Part shown: positions 1 through 15,395 of the stretch, piece after piece | Layout of the letters: each line of letters starts with the position of its first letter | How positions within the stretch are numbered: the first letter of the stretch is position 1 | Source of the DNA: Eledone cirrhosa | Taxonomy: Eukaryota | Assembly: GCA_964016885.1 (NCBI GenBank) | Contig: OZ024742.1 | Coordinates: 101,618,001-101,682,000, forward strand | Direction of reading: 5' to 3' | Length of the DNA stretch: 64,000 nucleotides | Translations under genes and position numbers: made by a program | The notes under the pieces: generated by a model | Told to the model about the DNA's origin: nothing | The model's input: only the letters and a program-made list of their open reading frames with translations | The model's database searches: none

Positions 1-991
1 GTATATCCTCTGCACACAATGCCCAGGTCTCACTGCCATGTAACATTGCTGTTCGTATGCAGGCATCATACAGCCTGCCTTTCATTTTTAGAGAGAACCC
101 TTTAGCGGCTAATAGTGGTATAAGCTCTCTGAACTTTTTCCATCCAGTTCTGACTCTAGCTACTGTACTTTCAGAGCACTCTCCACCACTGCTGATTTTG
201 TCACCCAAGTAATGGAAGGTGTCCACTATTTCTATAGAACCATCTGTGCAATGGAATGAGCTAGTATTCTGTGGGCACTTGCTGCTACTTATTGCACCAG
301 AGCACCAGCCACATAAAATCTATGTTCTTAGTTAGCTTACCTGTTATCCCACTACATCTTTTATGCACCCATACTTTGCATTTGGGACATAAAGTGGAGT
401 TTCTACTTACTCCTTTCCTACACACTGAGCATGGCCATTTCCCGGATGGGACCGGTGCCCTATTTTCCTTCCTACAAACTAGAACTTTAGTCTTACAGGT
501 TAATTTTGAGGCCTTTTGATTCTAGGCCGTGCTTCCCTGTTTGGAATTTCTTCTCTAGTTCGGCCATTGATTCAGCTATGAGCGTTAGATGATCTGCGTA
601 TAGGAGTTCCCATGGGCAGCCGGTCTTGAACTCCACTGTTATAGCCTGAAGGGCAATAATAAATAGTAGGGGGCTAAGAACGGAGCCCTGATGAACACCA
701 ACTTTTACGCTAAACTCTTCACTATATTCGTTGTTAATTCTAACCTTGCTGACTGTTTCTTTATACATGGCTTGTATAGCTCTCACAAGCCATTCATCAA
801 CACCTAGTTTTCTAAGAGCCCACCAGATAATGGAACGGGGGACTCTGTCGAAGGCTTTCTCCAAGTCGACAAAAGCTAAGTATAGGGGTTTACTTTTAGC
901 TGGGTACTTCTCCTGTAGTTGTCGTACAATGAAAAGAGCGTCTGTGGTGCTTTTACCCGACACAAACCCAAACTGCATTTCATCTAGATCA

Positions 992-995
<4 letters not shown>
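1..995 (-). mobile_element. RTE-clade LINE fragment (family B), RT and PHD-like region, 5'-truncated, runs off window start
   Basis: ORF 493..978 has [37 protein letters not shown] and YADH (YADD mutated). Close homology to 58998-60856. Truncation point abuts the microsatellite at 998. Confidence 0.92.
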
Positions 996-3150
<2,155 letters not shown>

Positions 3151-4024
3151 ATAAATTATACACTCAACTGGTTCTGTTTGTATATGTCCTAAATATGCCA
3201 GCAACCGTATATATGTATATGTCATCATCATCATTTAACATCCACTTTCCCTGTTAGTAAGGGTTAGATAGGTCTTCACAGACTGGGTCAGTGTACTGAA
3301 GTGGGGCTACTGACCTGTCATACATGCCTGGGGGTCTGCATCTTGCTTACATATGGTCTAACAAGGGCATTTTATATTGTGGCACCAGCACTAGAGAGGA
3401 TGCTTTACATCCATAACCTCACACTTATTTCCTTTGTCCTTCCTCTTCCTCCTTAACCCCTACAGAGCAGAAAGGATTCTTCAGTTGGGACAATGACCAG
3501 CAACCTCTCTAAAGTGCACCAGGTTTATTTGAAGAGAGAAAAGAGATAGAAAGATAATAGTAATAAAAAAAAAAAAATTTTAAATAGTTGGGGAAACATG
3601 TAGTTAGTCATTTTGTAAAGATGCAGGTGAGAATGGGATTTATATATTAATGAATTAGAAGAAGGGAGATAAGCATCATGTAACTAGACTTCTCGCGAGC
3701 GCATGTGTAGGTGTTTGTTGTACAAAGCTATGAAGGTATGGCAGTCATGATGCGTGTTAGACCATGACTTGGTTGAAATGATATTATCTGTGTAGTGTTT
3801 ATGTGGAACTTACAAGTGCATGTAGTGACAGAGACTGACTTGTTGTGTATGTGTATCTGCACAAACACACACAAGTTTGGTCAAACTTATATACGCACTT
3901 GTGCATACACATACAAGCAGAGGTGATTCTTAGGTGGTACAGAGCAAGTCACCATGTACCATATCATGGGTATGGTCCAGGGCAGGTGTAAGAGATATTG
4001 TAAGGCATCGAGTAATTTGACTTA

Positions 4025-4215
4025 GAAATATTCGTTTCTGATTTAGGTACAAGGCCAACAATTTTGGAGGAGGGGAAAATTAATTAAATCGACTCCAGTG
4101 CATTACTGGTATTTTATTTTATCGATCCCGTAAGAATGAAAGGCAAAGCTAACCTTGGCAGGATTTGAACTAAAATCGTAAAGGAGTGTAACCCTATACC
4201 ATTATAGCACGTCTG
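4025..4215 (-). mobile_element. Degenerate tRNA-derived SINE (family 1)
   Basis: Reverse complement of the GTTCAAATCC..CTTTGCCTTTCATCC..GTCGATAAAATAAAGTACCAG family seen at 20596 and 61083. Confidence 0.75.
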
Positions 4216-4497
4216 ACTCATATTTATATATATTTATATATATATTTATATATATATGTGTACTATATTTTATATATATTGTGGTAACTTGAAACCTAAC
4301 AGTGTTGATTGCATTTCTAGACAAATGTTAAGGCTTTTAATTAGTCAATGAAAGTTAGGCAGATTGCTTTGGTGCAATGGTTATTGCAGTTGTCTCTTAT
4401 ACAGCAGATGCATGGTTCAGTTTCCACAGGCATTTATATCCATCTTCAAAGTTCATGTGCTTTGTGCCAGCTTTTCAAATTAACCCAATAGCTTTAT

Positions 4498-4533
<36 letters not shown>

Positions 4534-4729
4534 CAGTAACAGTGAATTGGATCTGCTGATTTATGTAATTGTAGAACTTATGGTAGTAATTAATTCAATT
4601 AAATATAGAATTGTGTACTAAGCAGCTGAAGTATTTTATAAATTCATGTCTGTATACAAACAGGACAGTTTTTAACTAAAGCTGAGAAATATGTAAACAC
4701 ACACATTTATATATATCTACAGTTTTGAG

Positions 4730-5000
4730 CTCAGAGGCTCATTTGGTTGGTGCTTATCCTGTTTCCATGTCATGAAGCGACTCAGTACAAGATTCCCCAC
4801 TGGATAGGATGCCAGTCCATTGCAGACCCCCCCCCCCCCCCCAGCTACTACTGTTAGTACTCATTTTCAGCTCAGTATACTGGAGCAATGTAAAATGAAG
4901 TGTTTTGTTCAAGAACACAACACAACCCAGTCAAAGAATCAAACCCATGATATTATGATTGTATGTCCCACACCCTTACCACTAGGCCACGCACCTCCAC
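4730..5000 (-). mobile_element. Degenerate tRNA-headed SINE (family 2)
   Basis: ctggagcaatgtaaaatgaagtgttttgttcaagaacacaac...accactaggccacgcacctcc matches the head region of 22680-22816 and 23540-23670. Confidence 0.7.
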
Positions 5001-5498
5001 TAGATTTATATATGTGAATTCGTCTTATTTATGTATTGATAAAGATGAGCTGCTTGATCCAAGTTTTGGTCCTTGTTGGGGCCATTGTCAGAAAATATCT
5101 ACATCCCTTACAAACACATGTGTGTGTGTGTTTGTAAGAGAATTTCTTGTTGATTAACTTAATTTTTTTTAAAGTGTATTCTTAGTGATTCTTTGGAAAT
5201 AGGAATATAAACATATACTCACACACATTTGCAAGCAAGCATGTGTCTGTTTACAATTCTCTTTCAAAGGATCACTAAAAATACATTTAAAAAAATACAT
5301 TAAAAAAAAACAAATTCTCTTGTTATTATTCAACTTTATTGTGAATATACCTTGACTAGCATAACACACAGTTTTCAAATGGAGGGAAGCTATGCAGGAG
5401 AGGACCCATCCCAGCCCATGCAAGCATGGAAGAGTGGACAGATGATGATGATGATATCTGTTATTGAAGTTACTTGTTGTTCAGTTGTGAAATATCTA

Positions 5499-5672
5499 CC
5501 ATATATACTTGAATATAAGCTGAGGAATATGTGACCAAAAAATCGATGGTAGAAGGAGTGTTGACTTATTCGGGGGCCAATATTTTGATGGTTTTCATCA
5601 ACTTCAAATTGGACTTTTGCTCATTTCTCAGACACAAAATAGTGGGGCTGGCTTATATTCAAATATATGTGG
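5499..5672. mobile_element. Tc1/mariner-type MITE
   Basis: Imperfect TIRs CCATATATACTTGAATATAAGC / GCTTATATTCAAATATATGTGG, flanked by TA on both sides. Confidence 0.7.
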
Positions 5673-5792
5673 TATTTATAAAAATGTTTTTATATTTTCA
5701 GTTCCTTTATTCAATTAATTTTATTGTGGATATATGTGCGATTGCTCAATTGTGAAATATTTTAATAATATAAAATGTTCTTATATTTTCAG

Positions 5793-5870
5793 TCCCTTGA
5801 AGATAGGATTGAATTATGTGAAGATTTAACTGTCAAGGAAAAATACAATGTCATTAAAGTTACAGCCGAG
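5793..5870 (+). CDS. OSBPL9: Internal coding exon of OSBPL9/ORP9-like gene (coiled-coil after the PH domain): SLEDRIELCEDLTVKEKYNVIKVTAE
   Basis: ttttcAG acceptor and GAG|GTAAT donor, 78 nt, phase 0/0, open frame. The 26 aa align without gaps to vertebrate ORP9 [26 protein letters not shown] (recalled from memory). Same strand as the downstream ORP9 exons. Confidence 0.65.
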
Positions 5871-6344
5871 GTAATCATTTATCACTAAATTGCTTTACAT
5901 ATAATAGGTATTTGATAGAATACCTTGCAGTATTTGTTCTGACTCTCTCCCTCCCCTACCTTTGTCTTTCTCCTCTCACTTTCTCCCAATAGGCGACAAT
6001 GTTCTATGAAAAGTATGTGATGTAGTGGACACAGCATAACCAAATGGTTAGGAGGTACTATGGTGTTAACTACTACAAAGGCTATGATTGGAGTATCTAG
6101 GGGAGTGGATGGGTAGTGACACTGGGTAGAGTGTGGGTGTTTGGATTTAGTATGGGTAAAAGTGACCCTGGATAGAATAGGTGAGGGGGTGCAGTAGAAG
6201 TGAGGATAGCTGCTAAGAGAAGCGATAGATGGACATGCCAGGTCAGGTTTTAGGTTGGTAGATTCTCTCCATATAAGTTAATATGCAAAAGATTGAGTAT
6301 GTGTGTATATGTGTGATGTCCAAATGAGTATCTTCCACTACTAA

Positions 6345-6960
6345 CTAACTTACCCTCAGCTTCTCAGTCTCGCTCGACAGGATGGAGAATATATTGCCCT
6401 GGAGGATGGCGAGGGAGATGCACTGCAACAGCCACTCACCTCATGAGCCTTGCAGCTGCAGACAACCAACCCCGCTTCGATAGCAGGGATGTGGTCAGGG
6501 AGCCAAGAACGCCACAAGTTTCCATAGCTACAGGCTCTACCACAATCCTATCAGAGAGAGGCCAATACTTGGACAGTTTGCCCTCTTCAGCTTGGCGGGC
6601 AGATCCAGGGGCTGGTAGCCAAATGCACCAGGTTGCCACAAAAGAAGTTGCCACAGCATGTGACATCCCAGATACGCGGCCATCTCCTCAGTCCAGCCTC
6701 ACTAGCTTGTACTGGAAAGAGAAGCCTGCGATGTCCAGGCCATGCTTTATGAACTTGTTGAGAGCAGCATGGAGTGGGAGGCAACCAGCAATGAATCGTG
6801 ATGACAGTGGGTGGAGACCAAGAGAATCCACAGTGGTACTGCAGCAGCCTTTGTGGGGCTCACAGATGCGGAGGCCAAGCTTCAGGGAATCACCGATGCA
6901 GAAACAGTCGCTGTCCAGCTGAGTGCCAATCGCATTTCACCAGCACAGCATATTACTAGT
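6345..6960 (-). mobile_element. Degenerate 3' fragment of an RLE-type (CRE-like) non-LTR retrotransposon
   Basis: Minus-strand frames give LRLCEPH..VDSLGLHPLS, IWDVTC, AEEGKLSKY..EPVAMETCG and ISLAILQGN. These are typical of the zinc-knuckle/restriction-like endonuclease C-terminus. Frameshifted. Confidence 0.72.
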
Positions 6961-7384
6961 CCGTGTGTTCTTTTGTTATCTGTTGATAACATCATTACAT
7001 ATTACAAGACTATGTAATGTGTAATGATGTCTTCATTGTATGAGGATTATCAAAACAACAACTTCCTTCAATTAGTATGTATGTCTGAATGTATTCCACT
7101 TTAGATCTGAAAGTCTTGTAATATCTTGAATTGTATTGTTTAACATCTGCTTTCCTTGCTAGCAAGGGTTGGTCTTTAAACAGTAATGTTGATGATTGCA
7201 GTTTAGTATATCTCATAACTTACAGATCATCTATGTGTTAAATGATATTAGAAATGACATTATGGAAATGATATGTAACATATTAATTTGAATCAAGAAA
7301 TCTCTTGAAATGTGTCCTATGTTTTTATTGCCACAGGATTTCATACTCTGTGCTGTTATAAGGAGTTGTTAGTGTTTCGTTTAA

Positions 7385-7592
7385 CCCTTTAGCATTTAAA
7401 CTGACCGTATCCGGCCAAAATTCTCTCACCTCTTTCTATTCAAACTGGCCATAACCAGCTGCTCATACTTATGTTAAGGTATTGTTTTCAAAATAAATAG
7501 TATCAAAACCTTGTAGATTCGATATTATGTGAAATAAAGTGTTTCCCATGAAAATACAATGGTAAATATAAAGTACTGTAAATGCTAAACGG
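7385..7592. mobile_element. piggyBac-type MITE
   Basis: TTAA|CCCTTTAGCATTT ... AAATGCTAAACGG|TTAA. Same termini as 58979-60997. Confidence 0.8.
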
Positions 7593-9289
7593 TTAAATCT
7601 TGATAAAACCAAATGAAATTGAAATATCGAAAGTAGCAAATTGAGCAGAAACATGGAAGTGGAAATGGATGAGCAAGAAATATTTTTTTCATATTTGAAG
7701 TTTAGAAGTATTTTAGCTTATTGTAAGCTTCTATGACACAGCTTTAACTCTAAAATAGTCAAATATGGTCATGTATATAAACCCCTAGAGACAGAAAAAA
7801 GTGAACAGTGGCCTGCAGGAATCAAATTCACATCTGCCATATACTGGGCATATACTTTCAAGCTTCAAATTCACTCAATGTTATGTAAACAATTAATTGT
7901 TTCTTTGTTTTTATATTTTGTAATTGGTGTGTAAATAATACCACATCTGATGTTGTGTACATAAATAGTATTAGTTGTGTATGGTTATAATCTGTATTGA
8001 TGGCATCATTGTCAGAAGTCTTTCTAAATAGTAACTTAATTGTAAGCAGCATTCTTTGCAGTATAAATGCTGTTTGGTCTGTGTAATATATATATATATC
8101 ATCATCATCATCATCATCATTTTTACATGCTTGCATGGGTTGGACAGGTCCTTCTCAGCACAACAACTCTCCACTTGCTGCATTTCGACCCATTCGAGCA
8201 TGGAAAACAGACATAAAAACAATGATGATGATGATAATGATATATATATATATATATATATATAGTTCAAGGAAACAACAAAACAGATACAAAAGTCTTA
8301 TTAGTTATATATATATATAATGTGTGTGTGCATATGATTAATGGTGGAAACCCCATGGACACTCTGGTGAAAGCAACATATAGTTGTCATCATCATCATC
8401 ATCGTTTAACGTCCATCTTTCACGCTTGCATGTGTTTGGAAGGCCAGTGTATGAATATTGGTTTCAATAAATATAAAGCAATCTTCTCAAATTTTTCTCC
8501 TTGTAATTTATTAATCATTGCTATTGCTAATTTAAAAGCAAATTGTTGTCTAATTCACGTAAATGGAAACTCTTCACTTACCAATGAAAGGGTGACTCTT
8601 GGTATAAACAGTTTTTCTATGATGCGAATCTCTAGTTCAGTTTTTGCCGTAATGATTTTTGCTTGAATCACTTGCATATCTATTACATATGCTATTAGCT
8701 TGGTCAGTTGTATATAGAAGAAGAATTATTGCATTAGTTTTTAATTTTAATTTGTGTGATGGCAAGCCTGGAATATTTAGTGTATTTAGATACACTATAA
8801 TGAATTCTAAAAGGTCATCCTCATGCAACCATTGATCATGGAAAATGAGATCCTTTTCATCTTCTGGAAACAGTGTTTTGGTATTTCCTAATTGAGATCA
8901 ACATGAACATTTTTTTTTTTGTACTAAAACAATTTAAAAAAATCTTTCTGACTCTGCAATGCATTCCTGCACAATATTTCTAATAATAACTGAGGAAATG
9001 AGGTCATCAAAATCCTGAACAATGTTACATCCCTCGAGTATATTATTTCACCGTCTGCTTTTGCTATAGCGCTGTTTGTTGCCACCCAGATTAAATTCAA
9101 CAACCTTATACTTCATAAGTATAAGGTTGTTGAACTGAAGTTGGTTGTTTTGATCTGAATTCTGTGCATGTAATTTTAGTTGCATGTTTTCTGTCAGTTG
9201 AATTTCATTTGTTTCTATTAAGACAAATTACTTTCCACTGTCTGTGGTCTACTTCTGTGTTTAATGACAGCTAATATTTGTCAAAAATA

Positions 9290-9500
9290 TAAGGATTAAC
9301 AGAATTGGTAGAATGTCAGATAGAGCCATTGCAGTGTTTCTTCTGGCTCTTTACATTCTAAGTTCAAATCCTGTCAAATTCACCTCTGCCTTTCATCCAT
9401 CTGGGATCAGTAAAATAAGGTTCCAGTCAAGTTCTGATGTGGATTTAATCAATTTTGCCCCTCCTCAAAATTTGTTAGTCTTGTGCCTAAATTAGAAATC
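9290..9500 (+). mobile_element. tRNA-derived SINE (family 1) inserted in the Helitron
   Basis: AGTTCAAATCC..TGCCTTTCATCC..CTTGTGCCTAAATTAGAAA motifs. Confidence 0.7.
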
Positions 9501-10019
9501 AATATTTGTCTAAAATCACCAATAAAAACTACCACTCTGAATGGAACATGTTCAAATCTGGGATCAATGGTTTTCATAGGATCTCCCAATGTTCTATCCA
9601 ATGCCTCTGGGAGGAGGTGATGAGGCAAGACATATATGGGTAACTTATCCCCAATTGTGAAATCATCCTGAATTATGTAAGCTGCTCTGTTACTCTGTAT
9701 GGATACATTACCTGTGACACCATTAACTGGAAGGAAGGGAAAGGAGAAAGCAAAATGAACCATTGTACCCCAAACAAGTAGCTAAACAGCTGTAGCAGTT
9801 GATGCTGTTTCTGTTGCAATCTTACCTTAAGGACATAGGAGAAATATAGGATACTGTACAGAAAAGTTCTACCTCAGCCACCTGATCCATCAGTAAAGAA
9901 AATTATATTGATGAGATTCTTGTGACTATAAGTTTTTGTTTCAAATCCTGAATTGCTCCTCTAATGATCTGGGATACTGCCTGTTGAACGTAATTTAATT
10001 TTATAACATTTTCATCAAA

Positions 10020-10265
10020 GGAACACTTCTGGTAACTCTAGAAAGCACTCAGTCCACCCTGTAAGGCAGTAGTGCTAGTGCCACAATAAAAGCCCCCAGT
10101 ACAGACTAAGTGGTTAGTGTTAGGAAGGGCATCAGACCTTAAAAAACAATGTAAAAGGGAAGTGTATGAACAAGACATGGTCATTTGATGTATCAAGCCT
10201 CATAACATGACAGACTGTCTAACCCATGCAAGCATGGAAAATAGACATTAAACTGTAATAATAAT
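10020..10265 (+). mobile_element. RTE-tail SINE fragment
   Basis: GTTAGGAAGGGCATC..CTAACCCATGCAAGCATGGAAAATAGACATTAAA tail shared with the RTE 3' UTRs at 25000-25160 and 60690-60856. Confidence 0.7.
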
Positions 10266-12950
10266 AATGAGGAGGAAGAGGAGAAGACAGAGCAAATGGA
10301 TTGTCTGTACTAGTGTTGAAAATGTTCATGTTTGATGTAGTCATGCAGTGGAAATCATTTAATGTTGTGAACTATTTTCTCATAAAATGAATTCAGTTTT
10401 TGTAAAGTATGTTGTTGTATACTGCTGTTGATATCTTGTGTGCCTAAAGCAGTCATTTGATCTTCTGAAGGCTTCTTTACAAATGCTGTAAATAATTTGC
10501 AAGATTGTAATAAATGATGGGGCAGAATGGTCTTAGCAGCTGATAGGGAGTTGCTGAAACATTCACAAGGTTCATAGCCTGATAATATTCATGGTTATCA
10601 TGTGCTAAGCCTCTCTGTAAGTATGGCAAACCACACTATTAATAGTTCTGGGTCTCATATCTTCAAATTATGTAGTGCCAGAAATATGGTATAGAGTTAG
10701 CTGGGTGCTTTTTATCATAGTACAGGGTGAGCTGGGTGCTTTTTTGTTGTGGTACCAGTACAACCAACTTAAGGGTGAACTGGATGCTTTTTTTATTGTG
10801 GCACAAGCACATCCACCTTACAAGGTGGGCTAGATGCTTTTTTGTCATAGCCTAGCCTGACCACCTTACAGGGTGGACTGTATTTATAAAATTGATCTGA
10901 TATTTTATGATTTTTACCTTCAATGTCAACATTTAAGTTGATCCTCCATCCCCTATCATCAAATGGAAATAGAAATTGGAATTGCAGCAGGTCATAATTT
11001 GGATGAATTAAATTCACCTGGAATACACCTTTTATACAGTGTAAGATGTCTTTGTGGTTATGACATTTCTAAATTTATATCTGGCATAGTTACTGTACTG
11101 CAGCTGGATGATTGCATGTTTGGCTATCAGTTGTAGGAATGTTTTTCTTCTGGAATAACCATTGAGAACTTTTGTGTATTAAAGTGACTAAATATTCTGT
11201 GCTGTTATTGTGCAAGAGAGTAGTGAATTCATTATGTCTTAACATCATAGCTTGTGATAATACCATCATGTCTCTGTTTACTAAGATTCATGCAGGGTAA
11301 CAAAACCATTCTTCAAGCTATTACCCTGTGTCCATGCATTGCAGACATGTGGGCTTGTGTTGAACAAGTGCTATCATATGGGACAAATCCAGCTCTCAGC
11401 TGAGTCTATAGTGAAAATTGAACTGCCACCTTCCTTTAGCATAGAAGCATGGTAGGTCTTCCCCTGCTTAATAGTTATGGTACAGAAAGCCGTATAGTGT
11501 ACACATCTAAAACGTTTTAGAACAGGACTCTTCTTCTCTAGCTCAACCCTCATCAACTTCTTCAAGTGCCACCTAGGGAGGGAGGTGCTGCATTCTAATG
11601 TGTTTTATGAAAGTTGGGTAAAAGCAAAGATCAATGAGACTGAATAGGCTTACCCTAACTATGCTTTTCTAAGCAGGAAGAAAGGTACCTAAAAAGGTAT
11701 TTGTAATGCCTGTGAGGTGACAGTAATCCAGGGTTTTGTTGGGGGTTCTCCCTGGATTTGCTCTATAGGGAAATTGTTTCTAGTTAACATTTGTTGTATT
11801 GTTTATTATATGTATTACAATTACTATTATAATTATACCTACTGTTTTCCTTCCAATAACACCCCCTTCCTTTACTTGATATAAACCTCACCCTGTGTTG
11901 TTTCTGTCCTTGTATTGTCTTCATTGTCTTGGGCTATTGTGGCCAATGATAGAAATCATTATTATTTACACCATTATTTTTAACTTTATCACTGAACTTA
12001 TATTTTATATTTTGTCACTGCATTGATCATCTGCTTTTTATATATACATGAATGAGTGTTATATATACATGAGTGTTTACATGTGTATGTGTGTGCACAG
12101 TATGTATTGTATTTAATCTCTAAAATCTGCCTTTATTATATATATGGTTGGGTGTGGTCAGGATATTTGTGTGTCTATTTTCTACATGTTTATTTTATGT
12201 TTCAATCAATTTTATCTTCATTTAATATATTATATATCAGACTTCTACATTTATATTGTATTTCATTTTTATTTCTGATTATTTTTTAAACTTACTGGTA
12301 TTGTACTAGTAGAATTAATTAGCAGTGGCACTAACATCATGTGATTCATAATATAGGGGTATATGAAGGCATATCTATAATAAACATATAAATCTTGCTA
12401 TGAATGTTTCAAGCCGTGATTATACTACAGATATCTCAGTAGCTGTGTGAAAACACCAGACACTAGTGTTACAAGATATTTATCTATCATTGGTAATATT
12501 TTCTCACTCGGTACTGCGACAAAAATAAGCTATAGCTTATATACTTTTTACACATAAAACATCTAGAGATGCTCGTTTGCATATAGTGCAAGTTTGAATA
12601 GCTAGAATTAATTAGCACTAGCACTAACATAGTGTGATTCATAATAGAGGTATATATATATGAAGGCATATTGTTTCCTTTGCCATTTCCATTGAGGGGT
12701 TCAGCAGTTTAAGCTTATTTGTATTACCTTTTTTTTTTACTTATGCTGAACATCACTATTTTTCTTTAATTCTACTGTTTACCATTATTATTACTACCAC
12801 TAGGCAGTAGAATCATTTAGAGCATCAGACAAAATGCCTTGCAGTGTTTGATCTTTATGTTTTGAGTTCAAATCCTGCAAAAGACAACTTTGACTTCATC
12901 CTTCTGGTTTTGATGAAATAAGTACTAATCAAGTACTGAAATTAATTTAA

Positions 12951-13205
12951 CCCTTGTGTTACCACATTTCTAACGAAAGATACTACCTATAATTTTCAAC
13001 TAATTTAAAAAATAATAAAAGATTTGGAGGAATTTAATAACGTGACTAGTTTTCTCATTACTAATCTGGTATCCAGAGCATAACTTAACAATTGTTCTAA
13101 CTTAAATTTATGATGGAAAGTTTTTAGATAAATATAAAAACTTAAAATAAACAGTTTTGTGTCAGAGAAAAGGGAGCAGTTTCAGGCATTTTTGTATCAA
13201 AAGGG
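12951..13205. mobile_element. piggyBac-type MITE nested in a family-1 SINE (12800-13262)
   Basis: TTAA|CCCTT...AAGGG|TTAA. SINE sequence stops before it and resumes after it. Confidence 0.7.
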
Positions 13206-13742
13206 TTAAGTGACTAATGCCTCCTCTTAAATTTGTGGTCTTCTGCCTATGTAAGAAATTATTGTTTACTACTGTAGCAAATAGACACACAACACCTATA
13301 CATCATAATACAAGTTTTCAGTGTAGCTCGTGTTAATTATATGTTTTTGTGTCATATCCTTCCATGTTCTTTTATCAATTGATCTGCAACTCATGAAACA
13401 GAATATCGGTTTTAAAATCGTTATCTCTTAACTTCATCCATTTTAATTAGTGACCTTTTAAATGTATTATCAGAAAATGTGTGTCAATTATATAAAAATA
13501 ATTTTAAGCACAGATAAATAATGATAAGGCTAATGTAAAGTTTGGGGGTATCATCAACCGTCATTTTTTTTTTTTTTTTTTTGAATTGAAGAATTGGTTT
13601 CCTTCCACTTGGATGATGCTGAGGGCTGGGATGAAGATAGTTTTCAGATTTAGTATGATAGACCTAAAAGTCTTAGTGTCATTTGAATAATAGGGAAGAT
13701 GAAAATTGAACTCCCCCAAAATATTTTATTTAGCACATAGTC

Positions 13743-13857
<115 letters not shown>

Positions 13858-14159
13858 AGACAAAGTAGTAAACCAAGATATTGATATAAAAAACTGCTTG
13901 AAATTACCTTTGGCTCTATGATACAACGCTGATCATTTTAAAGCGTTTATATTTATCTAAATACCTGTTATAATGTTACATAAGAACCTTTGTTAAGTTA
14001 TGTTCCAAACACCATCTTGATACTGAGAAAAGTTAGTTATATTACTAAATACCTCTGAATTCTTGGTTATTTTGAAAAATGTGTTGCAAATCATAAGGCA
14101 ATGTCATTTATTAGAAATATGGTAATAGAATTTAGTTTTTCCCTATTTATATTTGTTGG

Positions 14160-14622
14160 TTTAGTTGTTTTGCTCCAGGTCAGCCTTGGTCAAGCAGATT
14201 AATAATTAAATGTATTGAAGTCATGACAAACCCATGTTTTTCTCACTTTTTTTTTTTTCTTTGGAGATACAATAGTTAGGACTACATCATCCAATATCTC
14301 TTTCTATTTTGTGAAATTTGAAGGAGATTTAGTTACTATTTCTAGAAAGTTGAGTAGTATATAGAGGTTCTCCTGCTAGTTTAATATTTGTTTCATGGAT
14401 ATAACACAGCAAGGATTTGTTGTTTAACCCCAAGTCAGCCTTATTTGAGCAGACTTTGATTAAACGCGTTCCATCTGAGACTTTCTCGTTCTTTTTCAAG
14501 CATTGTATTTGTAACTACATCATTCAGTGTGTACATTGTTTTAAAATGGTCAGACGCAATTTGAGAAAGATTTGGTTGCTATTTTTATCAAGTCAAAATA
14601 TTACCACAAAGGCTCCCTAGTC
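14160..14622 (+). mobile_element. Two tandem degenerate copies of a ~210-bp interspersed repeat (further copies at 15600-15780, 17570-17652 plus 20375-20498, and 53270-53433)
   Basis: Shared motifs ttgttt.gccccaggtcagcc.tgatc.agcaga, actacat.atccaat and gatttgg.tg.tatttctag. Confidence 0.65.
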
Positions 14623-15114
14623 AAGTTTTGTTTTTCTTCATGGGTGGATGTCCCTCTTATGCTCAATCAGTGGTGATGATGCTGACCAAATGAATGTATT
14701 ATGGTTTCAACATACCAGATATGTTTCATGAATGTTCTCCATGACAAGGTGTCCTCGTGATAACACAGGGAGGTGCATTTTGTAAAGGGAGACAAAATAA
14801 GATAAGCGAGGAGGAAAAGAAGGTTGTATGAAAGTTGCAACTGTGAAATGGGTTGGCTGTCTTATGGAGACTGGTAGTACTTGCTGTTAGCATACAAGTT
14901 AGCTTATCCAAATATGCTTAATGATCTCACATTACTGATAAGTTTCAAGACTAGGTCATAACATATTAAAGTATATGTATCTGTGTGTGTATCCATATGC
15001 ACATAGACATTTGTGTGTGATGTACATGTGTCTGTATGATAGAGGACAATAAGTGTTATTATAAATGATAAATTATTTTTAACCAATGGGTAATGAAGTG
15101 ATAAAAACTATATC

Positions 15115-15395
15115 AGCACTGTAAGGTGGTAATGCTGGTGCCACACAAAAAGCATCCAGTCCACTCTGTAAGGTGGTAGTACTACTGCCAGGAAAAAAAG
15201 CATTGTCTACTCAGTAAGGTGGTAGTGCTGGAGTCATGATGTAATGTTCCCAGTACATGCTGTTAAGTGGTGTGCATTAGGGTATCCAACTGTAGAAACC
15301 AAGCCAAAAGACAGATCATATGAGCAAGATGTGATCACATGATAACTTGTCTAACCCATGCAAGTATGGAAAATAAACATTAAACAATGATGTGC
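15115..15395 (+). mobile_element. RTE-tail SINE with ~45-bp internal tandem units
   Basis: Repeated gtaaggtggtagtgctggtgccac..aaaaagca.ccagt units, then a ctaacccatgcaagtatggaaaa tail. Confidence 0.65.

Larger units (their letters stand above)
8345..11520 (-). mobile_element. Decayed Helitron Rep-Helicase (PIF1-like), interrupted by SINEs
   Basis: Collinear minus-strand motifs: YDLLQFQFLFPF (~10990), broken Walker A FFTDGSGG*GRTFLY (9851-9900), ALDRTL..VVFIGDFRQIL (~9500-9600), YLNTLNIPGLPSHKLKLK (~8740-8790), QLYVAFTRVS (~8355-8385). Many stops and frameshifts. Confidence 0.85.

Noticed and set aside
8345-9900. Host PIF1 helicase gene
   Set aside because: Intronless, full of stops, with SINE insertions and adjacent Helitron Rep-region motifs.
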